Shown: positions 60,501 to 64,000 of the stretch, piece by piece
Numbering within the stretch: the first letter of the stretch is position 1
Layout of the letters: every line of letters begins with the position of its first letter
Origin: Tubiluchus corallicola
Taxonomy: Eukaryota > Animalia > Priapulida
Direction of reading: 5' to 3'
Length of the DNA: 64,000 nt
NCBI GenBank assembly: GCA_030141605.1
Contig: JAQGDQ010000027.1
Location: 915,306-979,305, forward strand
The notes under the pieces: generated by a model
The model's database searches: none
The model's input: the letters and a program-made list of their open reading frames with translations, nothing else
What the model was told of the DNA's origin: nothing
Position numbers and translations under genes: made by a program

Positions 60501-63154
60501 AAAATAAAATTTTAGGTGATGATGCCATTTTTCTTATGTACCTTTACTGCAGTTTATTTCAATAACTTTGCAGACTATTCTAAAAGCAATGACAGAGATC
60601 TCACCTGCGCTTCTATTAGAAAATCCTGACAATATTCCCAGGGCTGAGCGAATACTTGCAATAGACGGCACTGAGATGTTGAATCAGGTATTTTGGTAAA
60701 AAGTTTATGTACGTAATATGTATGTATTCAAAGGATGTACTTGTATTGTCTTCTACATAATGTTAACATTAGTTTATTTGACCTACTTCACTTTGGAAAT
60801 TAAACACACGTCTTTTTTACTTTAGGTTAAGCTTATATGTTCAGTAAAAACCTGAAAATATATTTCTATTTAAAACACATTTGAGAACCTCAAACTAAAC
60901 GCATTCAGTAATTTCAGTTATGCTTAGTTGTTTCCTCATTATACATACCACACTTACAGGGCAATAAAGGTCCTATACAGGCGCTGCAAGACTATTCTAT
61001 ATTTTGAGTAAAAATAAGCGGACACAGGGCTGCTTGTAAATTCTATATTTAAGTCTCGATTAAGAATAATCCAGTAGTGGGTTAATGGCATATACTTATT
61101 ACTTAACAAAATGTTGGTTTTTAAGAACCATTCTTCGAATACTAAGAATATTCTCAATGCGTAATTTAGTTTTTTTAGTATAATAACTATTTCATTTTAT
61201 CTTAGCTTATCTTTTCTATCTTCTCCTTTCCTCTCATCTCCTCACTTCTCTGCTCTTCTCGTCTTATCTCCTCTCCTCTCTCATCGCCTGACATCTTCTC
61301 CTATCCCATGCAATTCCATCCTGTCCCATGGTAAGTTTTTTCTTTTTGGTCTATACTATCCATCAGCACCAATGAATAAATGAATATATGAATGATTGAC
61401 TGAACGAATGAATGAATAATGAATGAATGGATGAATAAATAAATCTGTAAATGAATGAATGAATGAATGAATGAATGAATGAATGAATGAATGAATGAAT
61501 GAATGAATGAATGAGTAAATAAATGAATGAATGTTAATCTTTCCCGTCAATAAACCATCGGTTCGAAACACACTATCATTCAACATAAGTAACACCAAAA
61601 CCTGGCCATAAAAAATCAAGTATACTATATTTGATTTTGGGCCACTTCAGGGTTTCTATGATGATATTCAAGCAGTATGGACGGACTCTGGTGTGCAAGC
61701 AGCATTTCGACGTAGACATGAGTACCAGCTCATTGACTCAGCCCAATAGTAAGTGAACAAGTTCTCACGCAAAGAGGACTAAGAACCGTTGTTTAGAATA
61801 CCGTATGACGTCGAAATTCGCCATTATGTATAATTTTAGCTGGGTAGTCCAAATTCCTAGACTTTCGACTAGTCTTCTCAGGAACAATGTAAATGTGTGT
61901 TTTAAAATGGTGTAGACACATTTCATTTATTTATTTATTTATAGGGTAGTTTGATTTTAATGCTGGAGTTTTATGTGTTATAAACATCGACATACCTGCG
62001 TGCATGTGTATTATTTTTGGGGACAGTAAATGACCTTGAAGTTGCAAGAGACTTCAGTGCATACAGAAGATTTTTTGCATTCAGCAGTAGGTGAATGAAC
62101 ATTGAAGAGAATATTAAAACCAAAATCCTCTGTATAATAATGGAGTTAAGTTTTCGGGGATTTTTTTAAACCTTAGTATAAAAAGAAAAGACGCGTATAA
62201 ACCCTGCCAATCACGCAACTTCAAATCGCAGTAGAGCAAATTGATGCAAAGAGAGAAACCCACAAACTGCATATCTTTTTACAGTTTTCTGGACTATATA
62301 AATGAACTTCGGCAAGATGACTACGTACCATCAGATCAAGACATTCTCAGATCTCGAGTGACGACCACCTCAATAAAATCAATAGAATTTAACGTCGTAG
62401 TTCCTCGGAAGGACGGTGGTGGAACAGCTACTTTTTGGTTTGCTCTTTTTAGAATTTTATGTTCTTTATAGCATTGCAACAAGTCACAACAACGTCAATA
62501 ACAGCGGCAGTCTTATTAGTTTCACAAGGTGTTTCTAATCCGCGAGTAACGTATCCAATATCATCATTACTTTAGACACCTAATCGTAATTTTGAATAAC
62601 TTTTAAACTCTAATCCCAGAGTCTTGGAACTTGCAGAGTAGTCACTTAAGGACTCAGACTACGGTATGGATAAAAGACTGCCATTGGATAAAAGTGCCCG
62701 AGATACGAGTAAATGCGGAAAATTAGGCCACACTGCTCAGTAACACACGAGTAAACCACACTAATCAAGTGATAAACGCCGTCGTGCTCGTAGATTAAGT
62801 TCTGAATTCATTCGGTTTTGTCTACTCGAGATTCATTACCGCTTTGTATAGAAAATATCAGTGAACCAAAATTGTCTTTCTCATACGTATTTTTTATATT
62901 CTATGTAGTAATATTTTGTACATATGAATATTAAATTCACGATTTTAACAGTGTTTTCCCCATTTTCTCTTTAGTATATACGATGTTGGTGGGCAGCGTG
63001 GTGAAAGACGTAAATGGATTCAAGTATTTGCTGGTCTCAAGATTATAATATTCGTTGTAGATTGCGGTAGTTTCAACCAAGTATTAAGAGAAGATGTATC
63101 TAGAAACAGACTGAGTGACGCCATCAACCTTTTCGAAGAACTCTGGCAGAACAG
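57441..63154 (+). CDS. Heterotrimeric G-protein alpha subunit, divergent Gs class (G-alpha-f-like), 3'-partial
   Basis: Exons 57441-57552, 58843-58915, 59766-59820, 60574-60687, 61651-61748, 62285-62437, 62975-63154, all in phase. Motifs [59 protein letters not shown]...NRL...WQNR. The NKxD exon is not found before the window end. Confidence 0.93.
58843..58915 (+). CDS. G-alpha exon 2 ([24 protein letters not shown])
   Basis: P-loop; 73 nt. Confidence 0.95.
59150..59366 (+). repeat. Two tandem copies (~120-bp period) of the tRNA-derived repeat in G-alpha intron 2
   Basis: A-box TAGTCTAACGG and B-box GGTTCAAATCC in copy 2; degenerate copy 1 ends gaaatccaatct like the 6201-6300 copy. Confidence 0.6.
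59766..59820 (+). CDS. G-alpha exon 3 ([18 protein letters not shown])
   Basis: ttcag acceptor, gtactg donor; 55 nt. Confidence 0.9.
60574..60687 (+). CDS. G-alpha exon 4 ([20 protein letters not shown]...)
   Basis: ttgcag acceptor, gtattt donor; Gs-like helical domain. Confidence 0.9.
61370..61532. repeat. (GAAT)n microsatellite
   Basis: Directly visible. Confidence 0.95.
61651..61748 (+). CDS. G-alpha exon 5 ([33 protein letters not shown])
   Basis: cttcag acceptor, gtaagt donor; 98 nt. Confidence 0.95.
62285..62437 (+). CDS. G-alpha exon 6 (FLDY...[12 protein letters not shown]...[12 protein letters not shown])
   Basis: Switch I; ttacag acceptor, gtttgc donor. Confidence 0.92.
62975..63154 (+). 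CDS. G-alpha exon 7 ([18 protein letters not shown]...LWQNR)
   Basis: Switch II/III; tttag acceptor, gtaatt donor. Confidence 0.95.
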
Positions 63155-64000
63155 GTAATTAAACTATTTACCTGCAAAATATTATACAAAGAAGAAGGTC
63201 TTGGGTGCGAGTCGCAGTGAAGATGCAAAATTCTTTACCCTTCTAATTTAGTAGTGCTTGCTTACGTGGGTTTTTTGGATTGATCTCGCTCTGTCTTGAT
63301 ACAACCCGGAGCCATTCTGCGTTGATGATAGTGGCCACTAGTTGATCTCTAGTGGCTGATAACATAAATTTCAGAGTCTGAAAAGTTAGAATATACTTCT
63401 GCATGTAATGGTTACCATAGCTGACTGGAAAGCAAACAATCTTCAGTTCGAGTGCTAGTGGGTGCGAAAAATTTTCTAATTTAGTATTATTTGTGTATTC
63501 ATTGGGTTTAATAATTAAAGCTATTATAGTGTTAGACCTGGTCAGAAATTGATGGAATTCTCCCAGACACATTGTTTTTTTTTGAGGAAGAATGTAGACA
63601 CATCCGAATGTGACTCCTAGATTATATCAGAAGATTATCCTATTTTTATGAGGTTGTACCAGTCCTGGCTCACCTATCACAGCAATAACATCGCCTAGAA
63701 GTGTTTGATGTCAACTTGTAGTGAGAACTGCACGAAAAGTGGACGAAATCACACGGAAACCTAATAAGACATTGTTATGTCTTCGAATTAAAACTTAAAC
63801 GGTTTAGCTCAAATTAATGTTTTCCCAGATTAACGAAATCCCAGATTTTCAAAATTTAAATTAGCGCTTTAAATACTAGGCCTAAGAGCTATTTTGTTTG
63901 AGACATGCTTGTCGATGACAATGGATTCCCAAACGTCACCATTTTTTCCTTTTTTACATGAACTAGCCTAAAATGGATTATTGTTGAAGTATTAAGTGCT

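Overview
AT-rich, intron-containing invertebrate animal DNA. I found no prokaryotic features, CRISPR arrays or rRNA, and most entries in the ORF track are spurious. Reading splice sites by hand gives five host genes. (1) The 3' 11 exons of selenoprotein O (+), ending RVT-UGA-SS with a canonical SECIS at ~15363-15444. (2) A complete 10-exon LIM-nebulin-SH3 (Lasp) gene (-), convergent with SELENOO. (3) A tandem 4-exon Lasp paralog (-) directly upstream, invisible in the ORF track, encoding a 103-aa LIM plus nebulin-repeat protein without SH3. (4) An intronless Bax inhibitor-1/TMBIM6 (-). (5) The first 7 exons of a divergent Gs-class, G-alpha-f-like G-protein alpha subunit (+), running off the right edge. 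Mobile DNA includes a THAP/P-element transposon with one frameshift in a SELENOO intron, two Kolobok-type MITEs, Tc1/pogo-type MITE remnants, a probable solo LTR, tRNA-derived repeats and microsatellites. All family assignments rest on recalled motifs; no database search was run.
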